Below are positions 1 through 10,785 of a stretch of 64,000 nt of DNA, piece after piece; position 1 is the first letter of the stretch, and each line of letters starts with the position of its first letter. The notes below the pieces were generated by a model. The model saw nothing but the letters and a program-made list of their open reading frames with translations, made no database searches and was not told the origin of the DNA. Made by a program: the position numbers and the translations under genes. This stretch comes from Chiloscyllium plagiosum (Eukaryota): NCBI RefSeq assembly GCF_004010195.1, contig NC_057720.1:20576448-20640447 (forward strand), written 5' to 3'.

Positions 1-322
1 CATCTTCAACATATTGTCTAGCTATCACCATTGTTAACAGCTAACCCGAGAATGCAACTTTAAAAAAAAGGGTTTTGTGATTTACACATGAAAGAAGTGA
101 AACTATCACGATATTCTAACAGATGAAAGGCTTAACAGACAATCAATTCTTCAATGTATAATTTCAGTTACATCACACTGCAAATTTTTGCTATAAATTC
201 TGTGTTACGATCGAGCCCTCCACAATCACCTGATGAAGGAGCATCGCTCCGAAAGCTAGTGTGCTTCCAATTAAACCTGTTGGACTATAACCTGGTGTTG
301 TGTGATTTTTAACTTTGTACAC
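1..322 (+). mobile_element. Penelope-like element 3' end (family A pseudo-LTR with hammerhead)
   Basis: Ends in the same terminal block as copies at 7071-7227 and 54835-55009 (cacctgatgaaggagc...gaaagctagt...ctggtgttgtgtgatttttaactttgtacac). Confidence 0.65.
227..261 (+). ncRNA. Minimal type-I hammerhead ribozyme motif (family A)
   Basis: CAC-CUGAUGA-A-GGAGC(AUC)GCUCC-GAA-AGCU-A-GUG: intact core, 5-bp stem II, palindromic AGCU stem III, CAC/GUG stem I. Confidence 0.8.
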
Positions 323-735
323 TCTAATCTAGACTCTGATCTCCAGTATCTGTAGTCCTCACTTTCACCTAGTTGATTTTAACCTTGCTGCGCATCATCT
401 TGCAAGAGTGCCTACCTTGAAGAAGTTTTCCTCCTTTATCTACAAGGATTTCAGTGAGTCTCTCTCTCTCATTGCACCCCCCAGGTCATCTCCTCTGCCT
501 TGAAGCTCTTCAGCCATGTCCTGAAACCGACTCATTACCACAGCTACATCTGCTTCCTCAGTGCCTGCTTCTGCAACCAACTGATCCTACATGGACTCCA
601 GATTCCTGATCAAGGGCTTTTACCCGAAACATAGATTTTCCTGCTCCTCGGATGCCGCCTGACCTGCTGTGCTTTTCCAGCACCACTCTAGTCTAGACTC
701 TGATCTCCAGCATCTGCAGTCCTCACTTTCTCTTT
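321..735 (+). mobile_element. Internally deleted PLE (family B): pLTR tail, ORF N-terminus, pLTR with decayed hammerhead
   Basis: Direct repeat actcta(a/g)tctagactctgatctccag... at 321 and 685. The spacer translates to CTPQVISSALKLFSHVLKPTHYHSYICFLSACFCNQLILHGL (PLE-like N-terminal FLxxC motif). Decayed core ctgatcaagggcttttacccgaaac at about 606-630. Confidence 0.55.
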
Positions 736-744
736 GTTGTTAGG

Positions 745-1262
745 GCTGCACCCATCCAGGCATGTGGGGAGGATTCTATCAGACTCCTGATTTGTGCCTT
801 CTATATGGTGGACAGGCTTTGGGGAGTCAGTTACTCACCACAGTACTCCTAGCTTCTGACCTGCTCTTGTAGCCACTGTATCGATATGGTAAGTTGAGTT
901 TCTGGTCAATGGTCTTTCCCGTGGTGTTTATACTGGGGAATTCAGTGATGGTAGCAGCATTGAATCTCAAGGGATAATGGTTAGATTGTCTCTTATTGGA
1001 GATGGTCATTGAGTAGTTTTTGCGTGGTGCAAATGTTACTTGTTAGAGAGAGTGGTGCTGGAAAAGCACAGCAGGTCAGGCAGCATCCAAGTAGCAGGAG
1101 AATCAACATTTTGGGCAAAAGGCCTTCATCAGGAATGACTGCATTTGCGGTCCTCACTATCTCACCCTTGCCACTTGTTAGCCCAAGCCTGGATATTGTC
1201 CAGACCTCGTTGTTTTTGAACATGGACTGTTTCAGTATCTGAGAAGACATGAAAGGTACTGA
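745..1262 (-). mobile_element. LINE (CR1/L2 group) 3' RT fragment interrupted by a PLE-derived insert (1047-1172, TSD acttgttag)
   Basis: Reverse complement resembles the LINE 3' fragment at 31560-32085. 9-bp duplication at 1038-1046 and 1173-1181. Confidence 0.55.
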
Positions 1263-2651
1263 ACTTGCAGGACTTAAAATTTATTATAACCTCTCTTAAA
1301 TCTCTTCTTAGCTTCTCTCTTTTACTTGAAATAATTCTTGTTTCTGCTCTTGACTGCCTTATATTTCCCCATAGTTGAAACAATTCTAGTGAATATATGC
1401 TTTGCATTCCAGAACGTTAATGTCTATTCTCTAATCAGGCATCCAATACAACACATTGCTTCAATTGTGGCCTGAACAATTTCTCATAAAATTACTTTAT
1501 ATTATTGTAGCACAACTCTGACCAAAGGGTAAATATTGGCCAGGGAACTGAGATTCCTCTCTAAAACACCACATCTCAAAAGTATTAAATTGACAGAACC
1601 ATGCTTTTGGGACATTTTCAATACATGACCAGGAGACTCAAAGTGCAAGTCCATCTTCATTAATTAAACTAAGTTGACTGTGTAATGGAAATGGGCTGTT
1701 GAATAGAAATTGAATATTACTTCCAATACTCTCAAGTCGACTCTGTGGGCATTACGAGGTGCATGAATCAGAACTTTTTGTTTCAGCCCTAAGTTTGTTT
1801 TTCACTTGTTCAAAACATGTTCCATTACACACTTTGGTTTGGAGTGGTGTTCTGGATTTTCAGTCTTATTTACCCTGTAAGGAAATCTCTCAGTCATTTG
1901 CTTTCAAGGTTAAAATTCAAATTTCATTAGTCCTTCCTTTGATACTAGGGATTTGACTGATTTACCTTCTGAATCGACTCCAGAGTCTGACTTTCCTTTG
2001 TGTTCAGGTGACCAGAACTGAACACTGTGCTCAGATTGTGTTTTACTGAGAGCACTGAGTAATTGAAACAGGCTTTCTAGCAATGTTGACTCGAGTATTT
2101 TGACAATAGTTTGTTAGGACTGGGTGGGTGGACATGAATTGTGTCCCTTTTTTTCAACCTCTTCAGTGGGCTGTAACAAAGAATTGTGTACTTTTTATCA
2201 TGAGCCTCTACCTCTCTCTCTAATGAAAATGTAGTTACCCTGTACCTACAGTATCAGGAAGGAGCCAGCCACAAGGATTTCCTCTATGAATGGACAAGTG
2301 GTTTTATTATCTGCCAAGCCTGAGAAAAAAGTAATAATTGCATCCCCACAGCACTGGGGGAGAGTTTTTGACAATGTGGTAATTTTAACCACTGATACTG
2401 GCTTTTTAAACCATATTTTTAATAAGTTGAATTGAAAGTTCCAAGCTACCATAGTGGCATTTGATCACATCTTCAGATCATTACCTTAATAATATAACCA
2501 CTATACCATCGTGTTTCTGTTTCATAAGGAAGCGAAGTCATTGAGTTAGAGAGTCACACAGCACAGTAACAGACACTTCAGTCCAACCCATCCAAGCTGA
2601 CTGGGTATCCCAACTTATGTGGTCCCATTTGCTTGCATTTGATCCATATCC

Positions 2652-2893
2652 TACTGGGAGAAAGTGAGGGCTGCAGATGCTGGAGATCAGAGTCAAAAAA
2701 TGTGATGCTGGAAAAGCGCAGCAGGTCAGGCAGCATCCAAGGAACAGGAGAGTCGATGTTTCAAGCATAAACTCTTTATCAGGAATGATGAAGAGCATGT
2801 TCCTGATGAAGAGCTTATGCTCGAAACGTTGACTCTCCTGCTCCTTGGATACTGCCAGAACAGCTGTGCTTTTCCAGCACCACACTTTTTGAC
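2652..2893. mobile_element. PLE-derived fold-back element (family B) with two divergent hammerhead copies
   Basis: Inverted arms (tgctggaaaagcgcagcaggtcaggcagcatcc... / ...ctgtgcttttccagcac). 14-bp TSD tttgatccatatcc at 2638-2651 and 2894-2907. Confidence 0.8.
2800..2833 (+). ncRNA. Minimal hammerhead ribozyme motif (family B)
   Basis: UC-CUGAUGA-A-GAGC(UUAU)GCUC-GAA-ACGU-U-GA; intact core, very short stem I. Confidence 0.75.
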
Positions 2894-3764
2894 TTTGATC
2901 CATATCCCTCTTTCCTATTCATGCACCTGTCCAAATGTCTTTTAAATGTTGTAATTGTACTTGCCTCTCCCACTTCCTCTGGCAGCTTGTTCCATTCATG
3001 CACCATCCTCTGTATGAAAACGTTGCCTTCAGGTCCCTTTTAAATCTTTCCCGCTCACCATAAACTTATGCCCTCTAGTTTTTGACTCACTTACCCTGAG
3101 GAAAAGACCTTGGTTATTCACCTTATCAATGCCCCTCATCATTTTGTTAACCTCTACAAGGTCACCCCTCAACTCCAAAGGGAAGGTCTTAAAATGGGAG
3201 ACCTTGAATATAGAGAAGCTTGGGGAAGGTGAAGGACATTGCTGTGTGGTAACCTGACCACTTGAAAGGACAGCTGCCATTGGAGGGTGGAGAGGCCATG
3301 TGACTGATGCACAAAGGATCAAGTGGCAGGCAAAAAGATTATTTTATGTGGTTTAGTTCTAAGGATGGAGAGTGCAGGATGTAGAAGCTTTCTGATGCCA
3401 ATTAAAAGCTTGGCTGGCAATCGTACAAAGTTCTTACATTTAGGACCCATAAATTATCAGAGTGTCTAAACGTATTTCTTGTTAGACTGAGTGGGATTCC
3501 ATACCCAAGCCTTTCCAAGGAACAGACAACATTATCATTCATTGTTCCAGGGCAAATCAGCTTTCAAAAAGCTTGATTTATAAAGTAACAGGAATGGAGT
3601 TTTGTTTGCCAGGGCTACTTTTTTTTTGTCACTGGGAATTACTGGCAAGGCCAGCATTTATTACCCATCTAATTACCTTTACCAATTATCAGGCCTATTT
3701 CAGAGGTAGACAAGCAGGAGGCTGGAAGAACACAACAAGCCAGGCAGCATCAGGAGGTGGAGAT

Positions 3765-3797
3765 GTCAACGTTTCGGGTGTAATCCTTCTTCAGGAC
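3765..3797 (-). ncRNA. Minimal hammerhead motif (family C), left arm
   Basis: Reverse complement GUC-CUGAAGA-A-GGAU(UAC)ACCC-GAA-ACGU-U-GAC; one stem II mismatch. Confidence 0.65.
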
Positions 3798-4567
3798 TGG
3801 GGGTGGGTGTAAGGGGAGCTGCAGATCGGGGGGTGGGGTGCCAGAGGGAGGGTTTTGGGTGAGGAGAGGGCAGGGTGCTGAGGTGGGGGTAGGTGAACAC
3901 AGGAAGAGGGTACGACCTGGTTGGTCGATGGGGAGAATGAATCCAGTTGGTAGCTGGAAGGAAGGGTCGATCAGAGGAATGGAAGGGAGGGTGAGAAGCT
4001 GGGAATGGTGTCAGGGGACGAGAAGGGAGGTTATTTGAAACTGGAGAAATCAATTTTGAGTCTTCCTGGCTGTAGGCTGCCCAGGTGGAAAATGAACTGT
4101 TGTGGGAGGTGAGATGCTCAGCAAAACATGCCCTGAGTTATGTATCTCAGCCAGGCCCTCAAGGGCCAACCTGACCTCCCAGTCACTGCCCATTTTAATT
4201 CCCTGTCCCATTCCCTTTCCAACATGACCATCCACGACCTCCTCCATTACCACAGTGAATCAGAGTGCAAATTGGAGAAAAAACATCTAATCTTCCACCA
4301 GAGCAGCCTACAATCTCGAGGACTCAACATTGAGTTCTCCAATTTCAAATAACCTCCCTTCCCAATCCCCGTCTCCCCTTCCAGCCCCTCCTCCTCTGTT
4401 CCATTCCTCTGATCAACCCCTTCCTTCCAGCTACCATCCGGATTCATTCCTCCCCTTGACCAACCAGGTCGTACTTTCTACCTGTGTTCACTTATCCCTC
4501 TCTCACCACCCTGCCCCTCTCCCCCAACAATCCTCCCCCCTTTGTCTGCAGCTCCCTTAAACACCCA

Positions 4568-4600
4568 GTCCTGAAGAAGGGTTCCATCCGAAACATTGAC
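4568..4600 (+). ncRNA. Minimal hammerhead motif (family C), right arm
   Basis: GUC-CUGAAGA-A-GGGU(UCC)AUCC-GAA-ACAU-U-GAC; stem III palindrome decayed at CpG. Confidence 0.65.
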
Positions 4601-4869
4601 CTCTCCACCTCCTGATGCTGCGTTCTTCCAGCCTCCTGCTTGTCTACCTTGGATTCTAGCATCTGCAGCTTTTTTTATGTTGCTCGGCAGCCCTACTTCA
4701 GAGGGCAGTTGACTGCGTTGTTGTGAATCTGAATTCACCTGCAGGCCAGACCAGGTTAGGGTGGCAGATGTCCTCCCCTAATGAGGTTTTATTTTAACAA
4801 CAATCCAATAGTTAATTTGAAGATTACATATGACTGGGAGCAGCATTCAGTCTAAATGTATAATTTCTT

Positions 4870-5081
4870 TGGGTAGGGCAGGAGCACTGCAAATGGGTAT
4901 TTTCTTATTTCTGTGCATGACTGATTGGGAGACCAGGTAAAGGTTGGGGTGCTCACTATCGCCCTCTATCTTGCTCTCCCTCCCGTGCAGGTGAAGTCAG
5001 TGCAGCCTCTGTCTTAGAAACTTTCTTCGCTCTGCCGCTTGCTTTGGGGGTTGTCAGATCTGCTGGAGACGGTCCCCGGGG
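4870..5081 (+). promoter_or_regulatory. Putative promoter / 5'UTR region of SLC44A3
   Basis: Non-repetitive, mildly GC/CpG-enriched stretch directly before the ATG exon. Inverted CCAAT (ctgATTGG, 4924-4928) and an acceptor-like site at 4990. Confidence 0.35.
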
Positions 5082-5105
5082 ATGTCTTGCTGTGGCCAGT
5101 ACCAG
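5082..5105 (+). CDS. SLC44A3: SLC44A3 coding exon 1 (MSCCGQYQ), putative start codon
   Basis: ggggATG with G at -3; first ATG after an in-frame TGA at 4992. 24 nt, then strong donor CAG|gtgagt. Phase 0 fits exon 2. Resembles the short first exon of CTL3 (MHCLGAEYL) and the CTL1 MGCC start. Confidence 0.75.
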
Positions 5106-6204
5106 GTGAGTTAGTTATTCCGGACAGATCTGTTGACCCGGAGTTGCCCCCTGACGTTGCTGCCTGTACAGAGAAATGAAGGTTTCTTTCGCTTAAGCTG
5201 CGATGTTTTCGCCTTTTGTTTGCAAAGGCACTGGCCGAGATAAAGGTAATAGTTCACTCAAAGTCACAGCAAGTCCTTATTTGGAATTGCTGTCTATTAC
5301 AGATGAAGAAATTGAACCACTCATCTGCTTCAGCCAGCAGAAGCTTTGAAATTTGACTGGACTGTGATTGCACACAGAGCTGCAAGTGATTCACCGGGGT
5401 TATGTTTTCACTGTCTTTGCTATTCGGTATTTATTGTTGTTAGTTTGCATCCGCCCGGGAAGAGAAATTGACCAAATAAATCTTTCATCCCTCTGGTTAA
5501 CCGGTGAGGTGCATACTTTAACCATGAGTAATTGCACATGACCGAGGACACTGCTCCTGAACCCATCTGCAATTCAGAGAGAGTCCGGGTGGGTTTTTGA
5601 AATTCCAATCACATCCACTTGTACAAATACAGTCTTCCCTGCTTCCACGAACCCCGCTGAACTTTTTCATAAAACTTTTTAGTTCATTTGCAGATTGGTT
5701 GCTTTATTTTTAACGTGAATTTGCTTTTTGGAATTGACTGCCACATGTTTCATTCGGAAGGGAGCATGACTAAGGTGGGATTTTGGGGGGGGGGCCTTGC
5801 TTTCAGTTTAAATAAAAGGTCTTTCTGAAACGGTTTTTTTTCAGGGTTTGGGTAACTTCTCATTGATTCAAAAAAGCAATTCAATTTCAGACAGAATGTA
5901 AAGCAACCCCAAGGTGTCATCTTCAAAGTTTTCTCTAAGCCCCTCACTTCTGTTGCTTCCCACTCCCCACCTAAGGTGTGAGGAGCTCTTTGATTTTTTT
6001 GCGAAGATTATTGAGGCCAACTATTGTCTCCCAGTGCAGCATCCTTTCATTGTCCTTGCTCACCAAGCCTCTGCCTGCTCCAACCTTCAACCGTCATCAT
6101 TTCCTCCTTTCTCCTTTAATCCTCAAGCCCTTTGCGATGTCCTTGGCTCCTGGACCCCACTTATGCTCTCTTGAGCCCATTTGTTTTGAGTACTGCTCTC
6201 TGAG

Positions 6205-6600
6205 TCAGCTTTGGGTCAGTTGGTAGCACTGCGTCCTCTGACCCTGAAGCTTCTGAGTTCAAGTCCTGCTTAGAGACTAGGTACAAAAAAAAATTAAGGC
6301 TGATGTTCTGGAGCAATACTGAAGGACTGTGGCACTATTTAGAAGTCCCATCCCGCAGAAGTGACAGCAAACTAAGGCCCCATCTGCCTGCCTAGTGTTA
6401 TTTGTAGTGTCTTATCCTGACCATCAAGAAGGTTGGATGTTACCCTATCATCATCTTGACATTTGATATGATATTGGAATTTGTCAATAGTTTCCTGTAC
6501 CTTCATCGTAAAACAACCAGCAATTTGCTAAAATCAATATATGTTGCCAAAGTTGCAACTGTTGTCCATGGATGTGACCTACTTTCATCATGTAACTTTG
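6205..6600 (+). mobile_element. Ancient DeuSINE/SacSINE1-like SINE (degenerate)
   Basis: tRNA-like head (gagttcaagtcc) then aggctgatgttctggagcaatactgaagga core. Related copies at 25630-25905, 32935-33330 and 43590-44260. Confidence 0.5.
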
Positions 6601-7070
6601 TGTGGTTCAATGGTGTCTCTTTGTGCACTTTGCATTAGTACTTTTGGAGTCCCCCAAGAATCATCCTTATCCTCCATCTATATGCTGCCCTTGGAAACAT
6701 CATCTGAAGACTTGTGTCCTTAAGTTAATGATACACAACTCAAACTCTCTCCGGCGTCATGCAGACCCTCTATCAGAATCCGTGAGCTGGAGTTTCCCCC
6801 CGTTAAACTTCAGAAAGATTAAAGCAAAATTATGTGGGCCCTAAGCTTTCTGGGAAACTAATAGCAAGCTCAATGCATGCACCATGATTAGTGTGCAAGT
6901 AAGTCAGCAATTTTGCCACATGGTGATAGACGAGTTGTGATAATCCACTATTTACCTTCTGCAAATGGGAGGCCACTGTGTGACTTCATCTTTGGCTGAA
7001 TTTGTGCAGTTAAACGAGATTAAACCTGCCCTTGGGAGAGTGCTGAATATCAGGACCCTTTCAATAAAGA

Positions 7071-7227
7071 ATAATGACATGGAGATGCCGGTGTTGGACT
7101 GGGGTGTACAAAGTTAAAAATCACACAACACCAGGTTATCAGCCACCTGATGAGGAACAGCGCTCCGAAAGCTAGTGCTTCCAATTAAACCTGTTGGACT
7201 ATAATCTGGTGTTGTGTGATTTTTAAC
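7071..7227. mobile_element. PLE family A fold-back element with hammerhead (7144-7177, +)
   Basis: aagttaaaaatcacacaacaccagg ... ctggtgttgtgtgatttttaactt inverted arms. 11-bp TSD ttcaataaaga at 7060-7070 and 7228-7238. Confidence 0.8.
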
Positions 7228-7904
7228 TTCAATAAAGAGATTTGAGTTCTGGCAACTTCTCAGGCTTAATAGAGAAGCAGTTGAAATTGTAAAAGTTCAC
7301 TCCTAATTTGGTTTCTAAATTCTAATCTAATTTTTATTATTTTTCTTTCTCTTGATCCATTCTATTGTTTGCCCTCTCTTTATTTCTTATTTGTTTCATT
7401 TGACCCATTTACTGTGTCCATCTGTCAAGCCCGTGTCATGAAGATTTGTTATGCAAAACATAAGATTGTAATACAATTGACTGGACATAAATACGCATAT
7501 CTTCAACATTTTGGAAAGGGCTCTTTCCAAAGCAAAAGACTGGCTACTACAGCAACAATGTTATATTTGCAAGGGATAAGCTTCTTGAATGGAGACACCA
7601 AGTCTGTAAACCTCAGAGGTGAAATGAGCCAGTTTGTGGTGAATAAAGATAGTGGATTTGAATGGAATCAAGAGATAATTTGCTGGAGGAGTGGCCTTGG
7701 CAGTGTTTCCCCACTCTACTTTTCTCCGAAATCCCTATCATCAAAGTTTGAGATTTAAACCCACTGGAAAAACTCATCAGCATAAGTGGAAGGTTCCCAA
7801 AGTGAATTTATCACCACTTGAGAGAAACCAAATTCAGTGAGGCATACTTGATCCAGGAAGAAATGTCAGCGTCACAACTTGTATGGGAAGTTTTTGGCTG
7901 CAGA

Positions 7905-8187
7905 GATTAGATTACTTACAGTGTGGAAACAGGCCCTTCGGCCCAACAAGTCCACACCGACCCGCCAAAGTGCAACCCACCCAGACCCATTCCCCTACAT
8001 TTACCCCTTCACCTAACACTACAGGCAATTCACCTAACCTGCACATTTTTGGATTGTGGGAGGAAACCCACACAGACGCGGGGAGAATGTGCAAACTCCA
8101 CACAGAGAGTCCCCTGAGGCGGGAATTGAACCTGGGTCTCTGGCACTGTGAGGTAGTGGTACTAACCACTGTGCCACCGTGCCGCCC
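7905..8187 (-). mobile_element. HE1-type tRNA-derived SINE
   Basis: Reverse complement gggcggcacggtggcacagtggttag (A box)...ggttcaattcc (B box)...tgtggagtttgcacattctcc core...gggcctgtttccacactgtaagtaatctaatct tail. Confidence 0.9.
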
Positions 8188-8464
8188 TAATGAGCTATAA
8201 CACTTCTTTTATTTTCTGCAAGTTCTGTGCCAAAAGTACTTTTAAGTTAATGCTCTCTAGATAATGTTTGTTTTATTCCCCCCCTGCCAAAAAAAAGATT
8301 GATAGGTGTGTGCGTGTTTTTAAGTAGGTTAATTTTAAATATTAGCACAGTTTATTCCCTTTGTTAATAACTTACTTGTGTAAAGATTTTGTTTTCAGTG
8401 AACTAGTTCTTCACTTGCTGCTTGAGAACCTGGCTGAATTGTTTTTGATGTTGAGCTGTATACA

Positions 8465-8682
8465 ATAAAAGCAAAATACTGATGCTAGAAATCTAAAATA
8501 AAAACAGAAATTGCTGGAGAAACTCAGCAGGTCTGGTAGCATCAGTGGAGAAGGAAACAGTGTTAACTTTTTGAGTCCGATATGACTGTTCTTCATACTG
8601 GACTTGAAATGTTAATGCTGTTTCTCTTTCCATAGATGCTCCCAGACTTGCTGAGTTTCTCCACATTTTCTGGTTTTATTCG
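8465..8682. mobile_element. PLE-derived fold-back element (family D; hammerhead decayed)
   Basis: gctggagaaactcagcaggtctgg ... ccagacttgctgagtttctcca inverted arms. 13-bp TSD tgagctgtataca at 8452-8464 and 8683-8695. Confidence 0.75.
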
Positions 8683-8744
8683 TGAGCTGTATACAGTTTG
8701 ACATTGAAAATATCACCTCCCTTTTCTTAGTTTCAAACTTTCTA

Positions 8745-10270
8745 ATGGATCATGGCTGATCAGGGCTCCAGATCGCAATCTCGAACTCCCCCCACCCCCC
8801 AATATCTCTGATCCCTTTAGTGGGAAGGTTATATCTGCCTCCTCCTTGAAAACACATCATGTTTTGGACTCAACCACTTTCTGTGGAAGTGAATTCCACA
8901 GGCTCACCACTTTGCAGGTAAAGACATTTCTCATCTCTGTCCTAAAAGCTTTATCCCCTATCTTAAACCATGACCCCCTGGTTCTGGATTCCCCAACCAT
9001 TGAGAACATCCTTCTTGCACTTAACCTGTCCAGTCATATCAGAGTTGTATGTGTTTCTATGAGGCTCCCCCCCCCCCGCCCATTCTTTTAAACTCCAGTG
9101 AATACAATCCTAATCAACCCGATCTCTCCTCATATGTCAGTCCTGCCATCCAGGAATCAATTTAGTAAACCTTCACTGCTCTCCCTCTATAGCAAGGACT
9201 TAAACAATCAATGGTACGTCCCTAGGTAGTGCTGTAGAACAGAGTAACATAGGGGTACAGGTACATAGTTCTTTGAAATTTGCATTACAAGTAGACAAGG
9301 TGGTTAGAAAGTGTTTAGCATGCTTGCCTTCATTGCTCGGTCCTGTTGAGCCTGTACAGGACATTGGTGAGGCTTGTTCTGGAGTACTGTGTGCAGTTCT
9401 GGTCACCCTGTTATAGGAAGGATATTATTAAACTGGAGAAGGTTCAGAAAAGATTTGCCAGGATGTTGCTGGGAATGCAGGGTTTGAGTTATAAAATTAG
9501 GCGAGATAGGCTGGGACCTTTTTCACTGGAGTTTAGGAGGTTGAAGGGTAACCTTATAGAGGTTCATGAAAACATGAAGACCATGCATAAGTTGAAGAGC
9601 AGGGGTCTTTTCCCTAGATGGGGGAATTCAAAACTAGGGGATGTATTTTTAAGGTGAGGGAAGAAAATATTAAAAAGGACATGAGGGGCATTTTTCACTG
9701 AGTGGTTAATGTGTGGAGTGAACTACCAGAGGAGGTGGTGGATAAAGGTACAGTTAAAAACATTTGAAAGACATTTGGATAATTAAATTAATAGGAAAGG
9801 TTTGGAGGGATATGGACCAAACGCAGGCAGGTGGGATGAGTTTGGCTTGGAGACACGATCAGTGTGTGCTAATTGGACTGAAAGGTCTGTTTCCACACTA
9901 TATGACCGTATAAGAAGGCCAAAACTGCACACTATATTCCAGGTGTAGTCTCGCCAATGCCCTATATAATTGCAGCAAGACATCCTTGTTCCCGTACTCG
10001 AATCCTTCAGCTATGAAGGTCAACAACCAATTTGCCTTCTTTACTGCCTGATGCACGTCTGTGCTTATTTGCTGTGACTGGTGCACGAGGACTCCCAGGT
10101 CTCACTGAAAATTCTCCTCTCTGAATTTACAGCAACTCAAATAATACTCATCTGCCTTCCTATTTTTGCTATCATAGTGGATAACTTCATATTTATCCAC
10201 ATTATGCAGCAGTCTACCCAAGTCACACTGTTACATCTCTGCAACCTCCTCACAACTCACCCTTCCATCC
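8745..10270 (-). mobile_element. CR1 LINE 3' part (minus) carrying a nested + strand HER1/CR1 copy at about 9200-9905
   Basis: Minus ORF 9898-10086 (DVLLQLYRALARLHLEYSVQFW) and + ORF 9346-9657 (LYRTLVRLVLEYCVQFWSPCYRKDIIKLEKVQKRF) are CR1 ORF2 C-termini. Confidence 0.8.
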
Positions 10271-10284
10271 AGGTTGGTGACAAA

Positions 10285-10785
10285 CTTGTAAGGAGATCTC
10301 AGCTATCTGTAGGAATAATAGGGTGGTTATGGTCGGGGATTTTAACTTTCCAAACATCGACTGGGACTGCCATAGTGTTAAAGGTTTAGATGGAGAGGAA
10401 TTTGTTAAGTGTGTACAAGACAATTTTCTGATTCAGTATGTGGATGTACCTACTAGAGAAGGTGCAAAACTTGACCTACGCTTGGGAAATAAGGCAGGGC
10501 AGGTGACTGAGGTGTCAGTGGGGGAGCACTTTGGGGCCAGCGACCATAATTCTATTCGTTTTAAAATAGTGATGGAAAAGGACAGACCAGATTTAAAAGT
10601 TGAAGTCCTAAATTTGAGAAGGGCCAATTTTGATGGTATTAGGCAAGAACTTTCAAAAGCTGATTGGAGGCAGATGTTCGCAGGTAAAGGAACGGCTGGA
10701 AAATGGGAAGCCTTCAGAAATGAGATAATGAGAATCCAAAGAAAGTATATTCTTGTCAGGGTGAAAGGAAAGGCTGGTAGGTATA
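10285..10785 (+). mobile_element. CR1/HER1 ORF2 internal fragment (APE endonuclease C-terminus)
   Basis: Open frame with VGDFNFPNIDW, PTREGAKLDL and ASDHNSIRF, typical APE motifs of CR1 ORF2. Confidence 0.9.

Larger units (their letters stand above)
2548..3180 (-). mobile_element. HER1/CR1 LINE 3' end with nested PLE fold-back element
   Basis: Minus-strand ORFs give the CR1 ORF2 C-terminus (LRGDLVEVNKMMRGIDKV; WNKLPEEVGEASTITTFKRHLD). Confidence 0.85.
3707..4691. mobile_element. Penelope-like element with inverted duplicated 3' end (GIY-YIG C-terminus plus pLTR on both strands)
   Basis: + ORF 4140-4352 ...PVTAHFNSLSHS...KLEKKHLIFHQSSLQSRGLNIEFSNFK* is a PLE endonuclease C-terminus; the same tail is inverted at about 3707-4100. 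Near-perfect 13-bp TSD cctatttcagagg / cctacttcagagg at 3694-3706 and 4692-4704. Confidence 0.85.

Noticed and set aside
1105..1135. Decayed hammerhead-like copies (also about 606, 12965, 43255, 44955, 54565, 57021)
   Set aside because: Core or GAAA is mutated, often by CpG decay; not called as functional ribozymes.
2652..2893. Fold-back elements as DNA-transposon MITEs or a CRISPR-like array
   Set aside because: TSD length varies, the arms equal PLE termini, and copies are dispersed with no spacer periodicity or cas genes in a vertebrate context.
7369..7758. 129-aa ORF in intron 1
   Set aside because: No recognisable motif, non-ATG start, and not needed for the spliced SLC44A3 frame.
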